DNA of 64,000 bases from Patescibacteria group bacterium (GTDB lineage Bacteria; Patescibacteriota; Minisyncoccia; Phycocordibacterales; UBA9973), in contig JAZKBO010000004.1 of the NCBI GenBank assembly GCA_040388575.1, forward strand, positions 5,400-69,399. The letters run 5' to 3'. Position numbers and translations under genes: made by a program. The notes below the pieces were generated by a model. It was given only the letters and a program-made list of their open reading frames with translations. It ran no database searches and was not told the DNA's origin. Shown piece after piece: positions 26,917 through 37,358 of the stretch (the first letter of the stretch is position 1; each line of letters opens with the position of its first letter).

Positions 26917-27943
26917 CTTGATTCCTAATTAGAACATCCCGATAAGCCTCAAGGTCATCCAGTATCACCCCAGTGCCGCGAGCCACCGCTGAAAGCGGAT
27001 CATCTACCACGTACACCGGAATTTTGAGCACTCGCTGGAATAATTGATCCAGCCCTGGCAAAAGCGCACCGCCACCAGAGAGCGTGATGCCGCGATGCAT
27101 TATGTCCGACAGTATTTCCGGCGGCGTAGTCTCGAGCATATCTTTGACTCCATTTACGAGCTCGCGGATGGAAGAGGAAATGGCTTCCCGCACATCTGAA
27201 TCCGTCACCACTACTTCGCGAGGTAGCCCGGTTAAGAGATCCCGCCCTTGCACTTCCGTTTCCATATACTCGCCTGGCAAAACCGAACCGATAGCAATCT
27301 TAACAGCTTCCGCCGTGCGCTCGCCGATAAGAATTTTAAATTCATCTCGCATGTAGGAGATGATGTCGTTGTTTAGCCTGTCGCCCGCGATTTTTAAATT
27401 TTTGGACTTTACTATCCCACCTAAAGAAATGACCGCGATGTCCGTGGTCCCTCCACCGATATCTATGATCATGGAGCCGACCGGCTCTTTGATCGGTAGC
27501 CGCACCCCGATGGCCGCGGCCATGGGCTCCTCTACTAAGAAGACTTCTCTAGCACCCGCAGAACGTGCTGCATCATACACTGCGCGAGTCTCCACGTTAG
27601 TCGTGCCGGAAGGCACGCCTACTACTACCCGAGGTTTACCGAATTTTTTAGAAACTTTGTCTGCTTTGCCAATAAGGTATGAAAGCATTTCTTCTGTAAC
27701 TTCAAAATCAGAAATAACTCCATCTACCAGTGGGCGAATAGCCCGAATGTGGCCCGGAGTGCGGCCGAGCATTTCCTTGGCCTGCATGCCCACCGCGAGC
27801 ACCTGGTTGGTTTTGATATTCACCGCTACCACGGATGGCTCGTTGATGACTATGCCGTGGCCTTTCAAATATACCAGGGTGTTAGAAGTGCCCAGGTCGA
27901 TCCCGATGTCATTTGAAATTAATTTGTAGAATTTTTCAAACAT
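26897..27943 (-). CDS. mreB: rod shape-determining protein MreB (actin homologue)
   Basis: IGIDLGTSNTLVY..., DIGGGTTDIAVISLGG, LSGGGALL. Confidence 0.85.
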   Translation of the reverse strand: MFEKFYKLISNDIGIDLGTSNTLVYLKGHGIVINEPSVVAVNIKTNQVLAVGMQAKEMLGRTPGHIRAIRPLVDGVISDFEVTEEMLSYLIGKADKVSKKFGKPRVVVGVPSGTTNVETRAVYDAARSAGAREVFLVEEPMAAAIGVRLPIKEPVGSMIIDIGGGTTDIAVISLGGIVKSKNLKIAGDRLNNDIISYMRDEFKILIGERTAEAVKIAIGSVLPGEYMETEVQGRDLLTGLPREVVVTDSDVREAISSSIRELVNGVKDMLETTPPEILSDIMHRGITLSGGGALLPGLDQLFQRVLKIPVYVVDDPLSAVARGTGVILDDLEAYRDVLIRNQDELPPR

Positions 27944-27953
27944 ACTTAACTGA

Positions 27954-29207
27954 TTATTTACTTAATACTTTAATTAATTCATCCAGAGTTACTATTTTAC
28001 CTTTTTCTTCCGTGCGTTTTTTAATTTCTATCCCGCCTTCTTTGATACTACGAGCTGAAACCACCGCACGTAGTGGTATGCCTATCAAATCCGAATCGGC
28101 AAATTTCTCCCCTGCCATTACCTCAGCTCTATCATCGAACAAAACCTCAACTCCAGCTTTAGTAAGTGCATCGTAAATTTTATTGGCCTCCTCTGCCACC
28201 GCCTCAGTCTCGCCTAATTGAAGTAAATGTACAGCAAATGGGGCAATAGAGTCTGGCCAGATTATGCCTTTATCATCCGCCAAGGCCTCAACTATCGTAC
28301 CCATAAGGCGCCCGAGACCAATACCATAGGAACCCATAAAAACTGGCTTTCTTTCCCCATTTTTGTCTGTGTAGAACAGCCCAATAGCTTCTGATTTACC
28401 AGTGCCTAAAGTAAAAATATTTCCTACCTCAATTGCCTTTTGCTCTTTCAGTTTATCCTTTTCTAATCCTAGAGTTTTGAGCACCTCGTCCTCCAAGACT
28501 TCCTTGTTTATTGCTAAGGCTTTATCTTCGCTCAAATATATAGTGTCTTCACCAGCGGAAGTTATGGTTTGAAATTCGTGTGAGTATTTTGAGAAGGCCC
28601 CGCCGGAAGCAAAAGTCAGATATGTCACATGACCAATACCAACACGCTTAAAAATATTTAAATAAGCCGTTTTCATCTTTTCATAAAAAACGTTATGCTC
28701 CGCTTCATCCTTGGAAAAGGAATATAATGCTTTCCAGAAAAATTCTCGGCCTCGAAGAATGCCCGACTTGCTACGAATTTCGTTGCGGAGAATATCTTTA
28801 AAATCATAAAGATGAATTGGTAAATCTTTATGGGAACTGACATATTGGGTTAGGATATTAGCAAAATCTTCTTCATTACTCCAAGACAAGCCGACCTCAG
28901 TACCACTTTTTAGTTTCGTTTTAAACCAAATGTCCACTTCCGCATCACTCCAGCGATTAGTTTTTTCCCAAACTTCCTTGCTTTGCAAAATAGAAGTCTT
29001 CATTTCAGTGCCCCCGGCCATATTCATTTCCTCTCTGATGATATTTTCAATCTTTTTTAGGACTCGCAAACCCAGCGGTAGGTAGGAATATACCCCAGCC
29101 ATCTCCTTATAAATAAAGCCCCCACGGGTTAGAAATTCAGCGTTTTTTGACACCTCGTCCGCCGGCGCCTCCTTCTTGGTTCGAGTAAAAAGTTGCGATT
29201 GTTTCAT
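27954..29207 (-). CDS. proS: prolyl-tRNA synthetase, short form lacking the INS editing domain
   Basis: The N-terminus MKQSQLFTRTKKEAPADEVSKNAEFLTRGGFI... parallels bacterial ProS. A class II core and an anticodon-binding domain are present. It is only 417 aa. Confidence 0.75.
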   Translation of the reverse strand: MKQSQLFTRTKKEAPADEVSKNAEFLTRGGFIYKEMAGVYSYLPLGLRVLKKIENIIREEMNMAGGTEMKTSILQSKEVWEKTNRWSDAEVDIWFKTKLKSGTEVGLSWSNEEDFANILTQYVSSHKDLPIHLYDFKDILRNEIRSKSGILRGREFFWKALYSFSKDEAEHNVFYEKMKTAYLNIFKRVGIGHVTYLTFASGGAFSKYSHEFQTITSAGEDTIYLSEDKALAINKEVLEDEVLKTLGLEKDKLKEQKAIEVGNIFTLGTGKSEAIGLFYTDKNGERKPVFMGSYGIGLGRLMGTIVEALADDKGIIWPDSIAPFAVHLLQLGETEAVAEEANKIYDALTKAGVEVLFDDRAEVMAGEKFADSDLIGIPLRAVVSARSIKEGGIEIKKRTEEKGKIVTLDELIKVLSK

Positions 29208-29267
29208 GAGTCCATATTAACTAATAAATGCTTGCAAAGCAATGGTCTTTCTGCTAATATAACCCTT

Positions 29268-29999
29268 ATGCAAAAAGCGAAAAACGATACCAAAGGGGCA
29301 GATACCCTTATAGAAGATATGTTCAAGGCCGGCACCCATTACGGCTATTCTAAGACCCGCAGGCACCCTTCGGTTTCTCCTTTTATATACGCAACCAAAA
29401 ACAAGGGCGATATTATCGACCTTGAAAAAACCAGCACTATGCTCGACGCTGCTAAGGAATATGTTAAGGGCCTCGGCGCTAAAGGTAAGACTATCCTCTT
29501 TGTTGGTACCAAGCCAGAAGCTAAGATGGCAGTGCAAAAGGGCGCAGAAGCTATCGGCATGCCTTACACAGTGGAGCGCTGGATCGGTGGCACAATTTCA
29601 AATTTTACTGAAATAAAAAGACGCATCAACGAGCTCGAAACTTATCGTAAGGAAAATGCAGAAGGCACCCTGGAAAAATATACCAAGAAAGAGCGCGTAG
29701 TTATGGCTAAGAAAATGGAAAAGCTCGCTAAATATTACGGCGGCTTGATTGGCCTAAAAAAGACTCCAGATGCATTATTTATAATCGATGCCAAGAGTGA
29801 GCACATCGCCGCCACAGAAGCTATGAAAGGTGATGTAACCGTAGTATCCCTTGTAAATTCCGATTCTAATATTAAAGGTATCGACTACCCTATCTTAGGA
29901 AACGATGCTTCTATCCCATCCATTAACCTATTCACTAATGCAATAGTTGCTGCTTACAAAGAGGGCCAGAGTTCTATCCCTCCTAAACCAGTAGCCTAA
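29268..29999 (+). CDS. rpsB: 30S ribosomal protein S2
   Basis: LIEDMFKAGTHYGYSKTRRHPSVSPFIY..., VERWIGGTISNF. The ORF is open from 29193. The start is assigned to MQKAKND at 29268. Confidence 0.8.
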   Translation: MQKAKNDTKGADTLIEDMFKAGTHYGYSKTRRHPSVSPFIYATKNKGDIIDLEKTSTMLDAAKEYVKGLGAKGKTILFVGTKPEAKMAVQKGAEAIGMPYTVERWIGGTISNFTEIKRRINELETYRKENAEGTLEKYTKKERVVMAKKMEKLAKYYGGLIGLKKTPDALFIIDAKSEHIAATEAMKGDVTVVSLVNSDSNIKGIDYPILGNDASIPSINLFTNAIVAAYKEGQSSIPPKPVA

Positions 30000-30007
30000 A
30001 ACTTAAT

Positions 30008-30787
30008 ATGTCTTCCGCTATTACAACCGAGCAGGTGAAGGAACTTAGGGATGCCACTGGCATCTCTGTTATGCAATGTAGACGCGCCCTAGAGGAGGCC
30101 GGCGGCGATATGAAGAAGGCACTAGCCATTCTAAAAAAGACAAGTTCTGACATTGCTCTTAAAAAGGCTGATAGAGTGGCTAAAGATGGAGCAGTATCAA
30201 TAAAAAGTGACGGTAAGAAATCAGTGATTGTGTCGCTCCACTGTGAAACAGACTTCGTAGCTAGAAATGCGGATTTCCTGGCACTACTAAATAAGTTAAG
30301 TGATATAGCTCTAAAAGATGGAGCTGATAAAATGAAAGCTGGTGCTAAGGAATTGATCGATGAAGTAATCCAAAAGACTGGTGAAAAGATTGAGCTCGGT
30401 GAGGTATATGAAATTGGCGGTAATGTTTTGGGTAATTACGTTCATAACAATAAATCAGCTGTAGTTGTCTCGCTCGAGGGTGGATCCGAAGAGCTTGCTC
30501 GCGACATAGCGATGCACATCACTGCTATGCGCCCAGAGTATATGTCCAGTACTGAAATCACTGATGAAGCAAAGAAAACGATGATGGAAGTTTTTGAAAA
30601 GGAAGTTGCGAATGTTGATAAGCCAGCGGAAATAAAGAAAAAAATGCTAGGAGGTAAAATCAACACTTATTTTAAAGAAAAGACTCTTCTTGAGCAGCCA
30701 TTTATTAAAAATGGTGATGAGACGGTAGCGCAATTGCTCGAGAAAAACAAAGCCAAGATCGTTGAGGTCAAACGTTACTCAATATAG
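30008..30787 (+). CDS. tsf: elongation factor Ts
   Basis: The UBA-like N-terminus TTEQVKELRDATGISVMQCRRALEEAGGDMKKALAILKK is classic EF-Ts. Lies immediately after rpsB. Confidence 0.85.
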   Translation: MSSAITTEQVKELRDATGISVMQCRRALEEAGGDMKKALAILKKTSSDIALKKADRVAKDGAVSIKSDGKKSVIVSLHCETDFVARNADFLALLNKLSDIALKDGADKMKAGAKELIDEVIQKTGEKIELGEVYEIGGNVLGNYVHNNKSAVVVSLEGGSEELARDIAMHITAMRPEYMSSTEITDEAKKTMMEVFEKEVANVDKPAEIKKKMLGGKINTYFKEKTLLEQPFIKNGDETVAQLLEKNKAKIVEVKRYSI

Positions 30788-30799
30788 TATAATTAAACT

Positions 30800-31207
30800 A
30801 TGTACGTATTTTTAGTTTTATTTGTCTTATCTTTTACTTCTATCGTCTTTATGGTTAGGCGCAAAATGGCTATGGTCAAAAATGGCTGGGTGCCACAGCC
30901 ACTACACCCCCACCCTTTCGTACCGGATGTGCAGAAGTTAAAACATTTTACAGTTGCTAATGCTAGAAGGGTGGAACATGTAGCCCTGGTCACACTTCTG
31001 CGCTCCTATGTTAAAACTTTAAACTTACTTAAAAGTCAGTATCGAAAATCAGTTAATAAATTAACAGAGTTAAAAAATAGGAATAAAATCAAGAATGGTG
31101 AACCGATAAATACAGATGCTTCGAAGTTTTTGAAAATGGTATCGGACTACAAGCACAAAATCCGCACGATCAAGCGCCGAATTCACGAGGAGGAAAATAA
31201 AATGTAA
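30800..31207 (+). CDS. hypothetical protein (possible N-terminal TM), in the position usually held by pyrH/frr
   Basis: 135-aa ORF with a basic C-terminal half and no recognisable motifs. Confidence 0.35.
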   Translation: MYVFLVLFVLSFTSIVFMVRRKMAMVKNGWVPQPLHPHPFVPDVQKLKHFTVANARRVEHVALVTLLRSYVKTLNLLKSQYRKSVNKLTELKNRNKIKNGEPINTDASKFLKMVSDYKHKIRTIKRRIHEEENKM

Positions 31208-31227
31208 ATATGTTAATGTGTTTTAGA

Positions 31228-31300
31228 TGCCGCCTTAGCTCAGTTGGTAGAGCAACGCTTTTGTAAAGCGTGGGTCCTCGGTTCAAGCCCGAGAGGCGGC
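31228..31300 (+). tRNA. tRNA-Thr (UGU)
   Basis: GCCGCCTTAGCTCAGTTGGTAGAGCAACGCTTTTGTAAAGCGTGGGTCCTCGGTTCAAGCCCGAGAGGCGGCT. Anticodon loop TTTGTAA. Confidence 0.85.
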
Positions 31301-31307
31301 TCCCGGA

Positions 31308-31991
31308 TTATTGACTCGTTTTGGTTGTAGTTTTAGGCTCTTGAAGCTTAAAGGACTCGTTAATACGTGTTTCAAGGTCCTCTATGCCCTGGAAGCCAGT
31401 TAGCACCTCATCGTCTATGACCAATGCTGGCAGCACTGTGTCTTTGATTTTATATATTTGGAGCATGGCCTTAACTGCAGAGAGGTCGGTACTGTAATCG
31501 AAGGAATAGACTCGTAACTCCGGATATTTAGCTCGCAAGGTTGAAAGCACCAGGCTTTCTTTCTGACACTCGGTGCAATACTCCGCTGTGGTGTAAAAAT
31601 AAAGAATAAAGGCAGATTTAACCTTGCAGCGCTCTGCTATTTTCTTCATTAATAAATAGTCTTTGATCTGAAGGAGTGAGTAGTATTTCCTTAAATAGGA
31701 AACTTCATCAGTAGAGCCCAAATTCTGCTGGCTCCATTCCAGCTTTTGGCCAAGCTCCCCTAGCTCCCCTGATAGCGTCGAATCGGAAATATTTTTGCAG
31801 GATAAGTCAGAGAGGAGTGAGAATTGTGTTTCAGAAGAAAGGATGTCTATGGATATTTTATCTTGGATTTGTTTGAGCTCATCTATTTTTTTATTACCGA
31901 AGTAATTCGACACAGCACTAGCCGAGACAAATAGCGCTAAAGTTATAATAAAAACAATTATGTATTTTTTCCAATCAATGTTGTTTTCCAT
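31308..31991 (-). CDS. membrane-anchored thioredoxin-fold protein with CxxC (CTEC) motif
   Basis: N-terminal TM helix. FILYFYTTAEYCTECQKESL resembles a Trx/DsbA-like active-site context. Confidence 0.4.
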   Translation of the reverse strand: MENNIDWKKYIIVFIITLALFVSASAVSNYFGNKKIDELKQIQDKISIDILSSETQFSLLSDLSCKNISDSTLSGELGELGQKLEWSQQNLGSTDEVSYLRKYYSLLQIKDYLLMKKIAERCKVKSAFILYFYTTAEYCTECQKESLVLSTLRAKYPELRVYSFDYSTDLSAVKAMLQIYKIKDTVLPALVIDDEVLTGFQGIEDLETRINESFKLQEPKTTTKTSQ

Positions 31992-31994
31992 TTT

Positions 31995-33245
31995 TTAGCG
32001 CCAAGCCGGAGCTTTAGAAATTATCGTATTGTAAACTGCCTTCATTATCCAAAAAGGGGCTAAGAAGCCGAAAATCACAAGGTAGAAAGCTATTTCATAA
32101 GGAAATCCCCTCCTCTCTTTTGTACCCCTAGTCATTACCGAGCCGATGATGATAGAAAATAGTAGTAGCGAGTAAATTATTACAGTAATAAAAACAGATA
32201 ACCTGGTATTGATAAAGAAGGGGTCTAGGCTATTGGACCAGGCAGGCAAACCTACTGCTTGTACTTCTACGATTTTATTAAAAATGAATTGACCAATACC
32301 ATAGAAGAATTTCATAAATACGTACCCAACGGATAGTATCGTAACCACACCCATAGGGAGAGTAAAAGTCGAGAAATTACCATATTTTTTATTAAACAAT
32401 ACCCCGCGATAATCTATCGTGTTATTTATAAAGCCATAAATCCAGCGCAGACGCTGGGTAAAGAGCTTGCGTACGGTATAAGGAGTGTTGGTATACACGT
32501 AAGCATCATTACAATGGTCTATTTTGTAATGATTCTTTTGCATCCTGTAGGCTATCTCCATGTCTTCTGTATTGTGCGCATAGCGATATGGGCCTAGGTC
32601 ATCGAAAACCTTCTTTTTAAAGATTGTGAAGGGCCCAGGAGTCACATTAATAGCGCCCAGGAAGCCGAGCATTTTTTTGAAATAAATTCCGGTGTGATAT
32701 TCGATCTTCTGCGCATTTTGAATAAAACCTCGAGGGTTATTGACCACCACCGCAGGCGCCACTGCCATCACGGTACTATCGCGTTCAAAATAACTCATAA
32801 TCCTCACTAGGGCTTCCGAATCTACTAAGGAGTCCGCGTCCAGGCAGCCGACAAATTCAGTTTCAGTATTTTCAAGGCCAAGATTTAACGCCATGTGTTT
32901 GCCAGCATTTTTTTCTCGTTTAAAAATTTTTATATAGGGATAATTTTCAAACTTTTTAAACACGCTCCAAGTGCCGTCAGTAGAACCGTCGTCTATAAGA
33001 AAGATTTTTAGTTTATCTTTTGGATAATTAAGACTGAGGAGTGATTGGATAGTTTTAAAAACTGTGGTTTCTTCGTTAAGGGAAGGCACAATAAGGGTGA
33101 CTCCTGGATAGTTATCGAGCTTTATTGCCTTATCTCTAATAACAATTTTCTTCCTGTTTTCCAGGAAGGTTACAAAGAAAAAAACCTGCACGTAGATCGA
33201 CAGGAAAACAAACAGATAAAATACTGTTTCGGAAACAAGTGCCAT
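31995..33245 (-). CDS. processive family-2 glycosyltransferase (cellulose/chitin-synthase-like, QxxRW)
   Basis: The GT-A DxD region is LIDDGSTDGT... DAD. QRLRW is the processive GT2 motif. Multiple TM helices flank the catalytic domain. Confidence 0.7.
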   Translation of the reverse strand: MALVSETVFYLFVFLSIYVQVFFFVTFLENRKKIVIRDKAIKLDNYPGVTLIVPSLNEETTVFKTIQSLLSLNYPKDKLKIFLIDDGSTDGTWSVFKKFENYPYIKIFKREKNAGKHMALNLGLENTETEFVGCLDADSLVDSEALVRIMSYFERDSTVMAVAPAVVVNNPRGFIQNAQKIEYHTGIYFKKMLGFLGAINVTPGPFTIFKKKVFDDLGPYRYAHNTEDMEIAYRMQKNHYKIDHCNDAYVYTNTPYTVRKLFTQRLRWIYGFINNTIDYRGVLFNKKYGNFSTFTLPMGVVTILSVGYVFMKFFYGIGQFIFNKIVEVQAVGLPAWSNSLDPFFINTRLSVFITVIIYSLLLFSIIIGSVMTRGTKERRGFPYEIAFYLVIFGFLAPFWIMKAVYNTIISKAPAWR

Positions 33246-33344
33246 ATCTTTTTACTATAACATTAATGAGCAAAAAAGCAATCAGCCCCGCCCATATTCT
33301 TTAGGACGAGGCTGACTCAAATCAATTACAGAAACTGCACCAAT

Positions 33345-33611
33345 TTACATTCCGCTTCCAGTTGCAGGAGCTGTGCCACAAGTTGCACAATTGCAATTCT
33401 TACAGGCGCCACACTTGCAGTGGAAGATCTTAAGTATGGCAGAGACGCCAACCAAAAGATAAACCAAGGCCTCAACGGTTTGCATTGATCCAAATATCAT
33501 GTGGACCACATTCCAATCTTTACCGCCGAGGAGCCATCCCAAGCCGACCAAACCCCAGTTAATACCGCCGATAATTAGAAGCCACTTCGCAATCTTGTAT
33601 AATAAGTGCAT
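33345..33611 (-). CDS. DUF378 small membrane protein with C-terminal Cys-cluster tail
   Basis: IAKWLLIIGGINWGLVGL...LVYLLVGVSAIL is the DUF378 pattern. The tail is HCKCGACKNCNCATCG. Confidence 0.55.
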   Translation of the reverse strand: MHLLYKIAKWLLIIGGINWGLVGLGWLLGGKDWNVVHMIFGSMQTVEALVYLLVGVSAILKIFHCKCGACKNCNCATCGTAPATGSGM

Positions 33612-33691
33612 ATTTTTTTCTCCGGTTTACTACCGGAAATTAATTATAATAGCCCTATTGTATCATAAATAAAAATGATATAATACCCAAC

Positions 33692-34450
33692 ATGCAAGAA
33701 AATACACAAGAAAGTATGCCTGAAATGGCAACGCCTGTAGCTAATATTGTCACTAAAAACAACAACCAATCTCAAATAGCGGGTGCCATAGTCTTGGCTG
33801 GGCTGATTATTGCCGGGGCTATATTATTAAAGGGTGGTTCGGGGCTGATAGCGCCAAAAGATCTGTCAAAAGCCTCCCCCCTCTTCAATGCCTGCCTAGA
33901 TTCCGGTAAATACACCTCTGCGATAACTGATGCCAAGGCCGCAGGAAGCACAGTAGGAGTAACCGGCACACCGAAGGGTTACATTGTTAGTGCTGGAAAA
34001 GTTGTCAGCACTATCGACGGTGCGGAGCCATTTAACGATGTGAAGAAAAAAATTGATGATGCTATCGCAGGTAAGGGCATACCACAAAATAATATTAAAC
34101 TGGATGCAGTAACGAATAAAGACTTTGCTGTGGGTAACCCACAAGCTGCAGTTACAATTATTATGTATGAGGACTTCCAGTGCCCATTCTGTGGCCGATT
34201 TTTCCAGGATTCTGAAAAAAGTATCCGAAGTATTTATGTTAAGGACGGTACGGTGCAATTTGTGTACCGAGACTTCCCTTTCCTAGGCGCTGAATCATAC
34301 AAATCCGCTGAAGCTGCATCTTGCGCTAATGAGCAAGGCAAATTCTGGGAATATCATGACTACCTGTACTCCCACCAAATGGGTGAAAACCAAGGAGCCT
34401 TTTCGGATACAAACTTGAAGTCTTTTGCGGGAACTCTAAAACTCAAATAA
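33692..34450 (+). CDS. DsbA-family thiol:disulfide oxidoreductase (membrane-anchored)
   Basis: TM anchor. The thioredoxin fold carries the active site EDFQCPFCGRF. Confidence 0.75.
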   Translation: MQENTQESMPEMATPVANIVTKNNNQSQIAGAIVLAGLIIAGAILLKGGSGLIAPKDLSKASPLFNACLDSGKYTSAITDAKAAGSTVGVTGTPKGYIVSAGKVVSTIDGAEPFNDVKKKIDDAIAGKGIPQNNIKLDAVTNKDFAVGNPQAAVTIIMYEDFQCPFCGRFFQDSEKSIRSIYVKDGTVQFVYRDFPFLGAESYKSAEAASCANEQGKFWEYHDYLYSHQMGENQGAFSDTNLKSFAGTLKLK

Positions 34451-34451
34451 T

Positions 34452-35654
34452 TTAATCGAAGTAGTTTTTCAAACGTGAGATTTTGTCATGGCTGCGGAGC
34501 TTGTCATGCACTTTAGCTTCAATTTGGCGGATACGCTCACGAGTAACACCGAACTCTTCACCTACCCGCTCTAGGGTGTGCTGGATGCCATCGAGTAAGC
34601 CATAACGCATTTCTAGAATTTTGCGTTCCTTAGGATTAAGCTCGTCTAATACTTCCCGAATTTGATCCGAGAGTATGCGGCGGGAAGATTCTTGATCCGG
34701 GCGCAGAATTTTATCATCCGGAATAAAGTTCTCAAGTGTTGATTTATCATCATCATCCCCTACTGGCTGCTCGAGTGACACTGTCTCTTGGGAAATATTT
34801 TCGATAGTATGAATTTTCTCTACTGGTATACCCATCTCGGTGGCAATTTCTTCTGCCAATGGCTCACGGCCTAAATCCTGTGAGAGCTTGCGGTGAGTCT
34901 GCTTATACTTGGAAATTGTCTCTACCATGTGCACCGGTATGCGGATGGTGCGGCTCTGGTCCGCCAAGGCACGAGTTATGGACTGCCTAATCCACCAAGT
35001 AGCATAGGTTGAGAATTTAAAACCCTTATTCCAGTCGAACTTTTCCACTGCTTTGAACAAGCCTAAGTTACCTTCCTGAATTAGGTCTAGCAGGGTCAGG
35101 TTAGCGCTACGGCCCACATATTTCTTAGCAATGGACACCACAAGGCGCAGGTTCGCCCTGGCTAGGAGGTTTTTAGCCTCAAGGTCGCCCTTCTCGATAC
35201 GCTTAGCAAGGTCCTTCTCTTCTGAGGCATGGATCAAGGGGTATTGGCCTATCTCTTTGAGGTACATTTGAATGGAGTCATACATTCCGGACTTGTTCAG
35301 GTCCTTGTCCGCGGAGTCTACATCAAGGTCAAGTAGGTTGCCGCCTTCAAGTACATCAATGCCCGCGACTGCTAATTTTTCATAAAGCTCATCTAAGAAT
35401 AGGACGTTGTTTTCAACATTTGGAAAAGTTTTTAAAATTTCATCGTAGGTTATGAACCTGCGCTTGCGGCCCTTCTCGATCAGGATTTGGGCAAGCTTAT
35501 CGAAGCTCTCGCGCTTAGAGTCTTTCTTAGCATCTTTCTTGGCGCTCTTTTTCTTAAGCTTTAAGGATTTTTTTAGAGCACTTTTTATTCGCGCCTTTCT
35601 TTGAGCTTTGTGTTTATTATTTAATTTTTTTGCTTTTTTTAATTTTTTTGTCAT
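34452..35654 (-). CDS. rpoD: RNA polymerase sigma-70 factor RpoD with lysine-rich N-terminal tail
   Basis: Region 2 [39 protein letters not shown]. Region 4 at the C-terminus. N-terminal tail [22 protein letters not shown]... Confidence 0.85.
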   Translation of the reverse strand: MTKKLKKAKKLNNKHKAQRKARIKSALKKSLKLKKKSAKKDAKKDSKRESFDKLAQILIEKGRKRRFITYDEILKTFPNVENNVLFLDELYEKLAVAGIDVLEGGNLLDLDVDSADKDLNKSGMYDSIQMYLKEIGQYPLIHASEEKDLAKRIEKGDLEAKNLLARANLRLVVSIAKKYVGRSANLTLLDLIQEGNLGLFKAVEKFDWNKGFKFSTYATWWIRQSITRALADQSRTIRIPVHMVETISKYKQTHRKLSQDLGREPLAEEIATEMGIPVEKIHTIENISQETVSLEQPVGDDDDKSTLENFIPDDKILRPDQESSRRILSDQIREVLDELNPKERKILEMRYGLLDGIQHTLERVGEEFGVTRERIRQIEAKVHDKLRSHDKISRLKNYFD

Positions 35655-35658
35655 ATAT

Positions 35659-37353
35659 TTATTTTGCCCGGCTATTTTTAATATTTTGTATCTGATCGTT
35701 GATTTCTTTTATTTCTTTTAAAATCGCTGGTGCCTTTGAACTTTCCTTTTTTTCTTCCGCTTCATACAGTTCCCGCATCTTTGTGCTCAACCTTTCTTTC
35801 AAATTTTCTTCCTTTAAATTCTGCAGTAATTCATCGACGTCTTTCTTTATTTCGCCTTCTCCATAAAAAACTTCCGCTTCATAAATTAAATCTTCTTTGC
35901 TATCTTTATATTTATCTAAAATTTCTTTTAACTCCCCTTTTAATTCTTTATCCTTTTTCCAAAATGCAATTCCTGCCAATCTCCGCTCGATATAGTCCAT
36001 GCGACGCATAGTATTCTCACGTTCTGCAGTAACTTCTATTTCTTTCTTTTCATATTTAAATTCTTGTTCAACTTTCTTTAAGTCATCTGCAATTGCAGCC
36101 TCAGCAATCCCAGAGAGCTGGCTGATTTTCTTCAAGAAATGACTTTTCTCTATTGAGCTACCTAACGCATCTACGTAAGGTAAAACTTTCTCTTTTATTT
36201 CTCTGCCTGCCTTGCGCGCATCGCCTCCAGCACTTTGTAGGACTTTAGCTAGAAGGAATTCAATAATGTGCTTAGAGTTCCGTATTGATTCCTTCCACGC
36301 GCTAGGGCCCTGCTTTGCTATTAAGTCCGCTGGGTCTACTCCAGAGGGCATATCAGCCACTTTGACATCCATACCTAAGGATAATGCTATCTTGCCAGCC
36401 CTGACAGAAGCATTAAAGCCGGCTTTATCACCATCGAAGGCAAGAACTATGTTCTCTGAAAGACGCCGTATTAGCCCCAGATTACTTACAACATGCTCTT
36501 TATTCTCTGTTGCATCGGTTAATGCAGTACCTGAAGTAGCCACAGTATTTCTATATCCAGCTTGGTGGGAAAGTATTAGATCCATTTGGCCCTCAACTAA
36601 TATCGAGAAGTTATTTTTACGGATAGAATCTTTAGCACGGTCGAGTCCGTATAGGACTGCGGACTTACTGAAGATGGGTGTTTCCGGGCTATTTAGGTAC
36701 TTTGCTGACTTTTCATCATCTACAAATATTCTGCCCGAGAATGCAATAATGCGCCCACTGGAGTCAGCTATGGGGAACATGATTCGCCCACGAAATCTAT
36801 CGTAATAGCCTTTTTCAGTTTTCTTTACTAGTCCGGCTTTTTCCATCTCGACGTCACTAAATCCCTTTTGTCTTAAGTGATCATATACTTGCCGCCAATC
36901 ATCCTTAATGAAGCCGAGCCGGAAATTCTCTACAGTAGAATCCTCTAAACCACGAGATTTTAAGTACTCTAGCGCTGATTTATTCTCTTTTAAGTTTCGA
37001 GAGTAAAATGATGCTGCCTCCTCCATCGCTTTATAGAGTCTTTCCTTCTCGTCTTCCTTACCTCGGTCTTGGTATTCCAAAATTACTCCGGCTTTAGCAG
37101 CGAGCAACTTGAGCGCCCCTTTAAAATCAAGCCCTTCGAATTCTTCCACAAAGGAAAAAATGTCCCCGCCAGCACCGCAGCCAAAGCAGTAGTAGCTCTC
37201 CCGCGCAGGCGAGACAAAGAAGGAGGGGGTCTTTTCATTATGGAATGGACACCGAGCCCTCAGGTTAACCCCTGAACGCTCAAGTTTGATATAGGAAGAG
37301 ACTACTTCTTCAATTGACAGCCTCTCCTTGATTTGTGTAACGGGAGAGTTCAT
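35659..37353 (-). CDS. dnaG: DNA primase
   Basis: Zn finger [13 protein letters not shown]...[17 protein letters not shown] region EGQMDLI...DGDKAG. Lies directly upstream of rpoD. Confidence 0.85.
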   Translation of the reverse strand: MNSPVTQIKERLSIEEVVSSYIKLERSGVNLRARCPFHNEKTPSFFVSPARESYYCFGCGAGGDIFSFVEEFEGLDFKGALKLLAAKAGVILEYQDRGKEDEKERLYKAMEEAASFYSRNLKENKSALEYLKSRGLEDSTVENFRLGFIKDDWRQVYDHLRQKGFSDVEMEKAGLVKKTEKGYYDRFRGRIMFPIADSSGRIIAFSGRIFVDDEKSAKYLNSPETPIFSKSAVLYGLDRAKDSIRKNNFSILVEGQMDLILSHQAGYRNTVATSGTALTDATENKEHVVSNLGLIRRLSENIVLAFDGDKAGFNASVRAGKIALSLGMDVKVADMPSGVDPADLIAKQGPSAWKESIRNSKHIIEFLLAKVLQSAGGDARKAGREIKEKVLPYVDALGSSIEKSHFLKKISQLSGIAEAAIADDLKKVEQEFKYEKKEIEVTAERENTMRRMDYIERRLAGIAFWKKDKELKGELKEILDKYKDSKEDLIYEAEVFYGEGEIKKDVDELLQNLKEENLKERLSTKMRELYEAEEKKESSKAPAILKEIKEINDQIQNIKNSRAK

Positions 37354-37358
37354 ATTTT

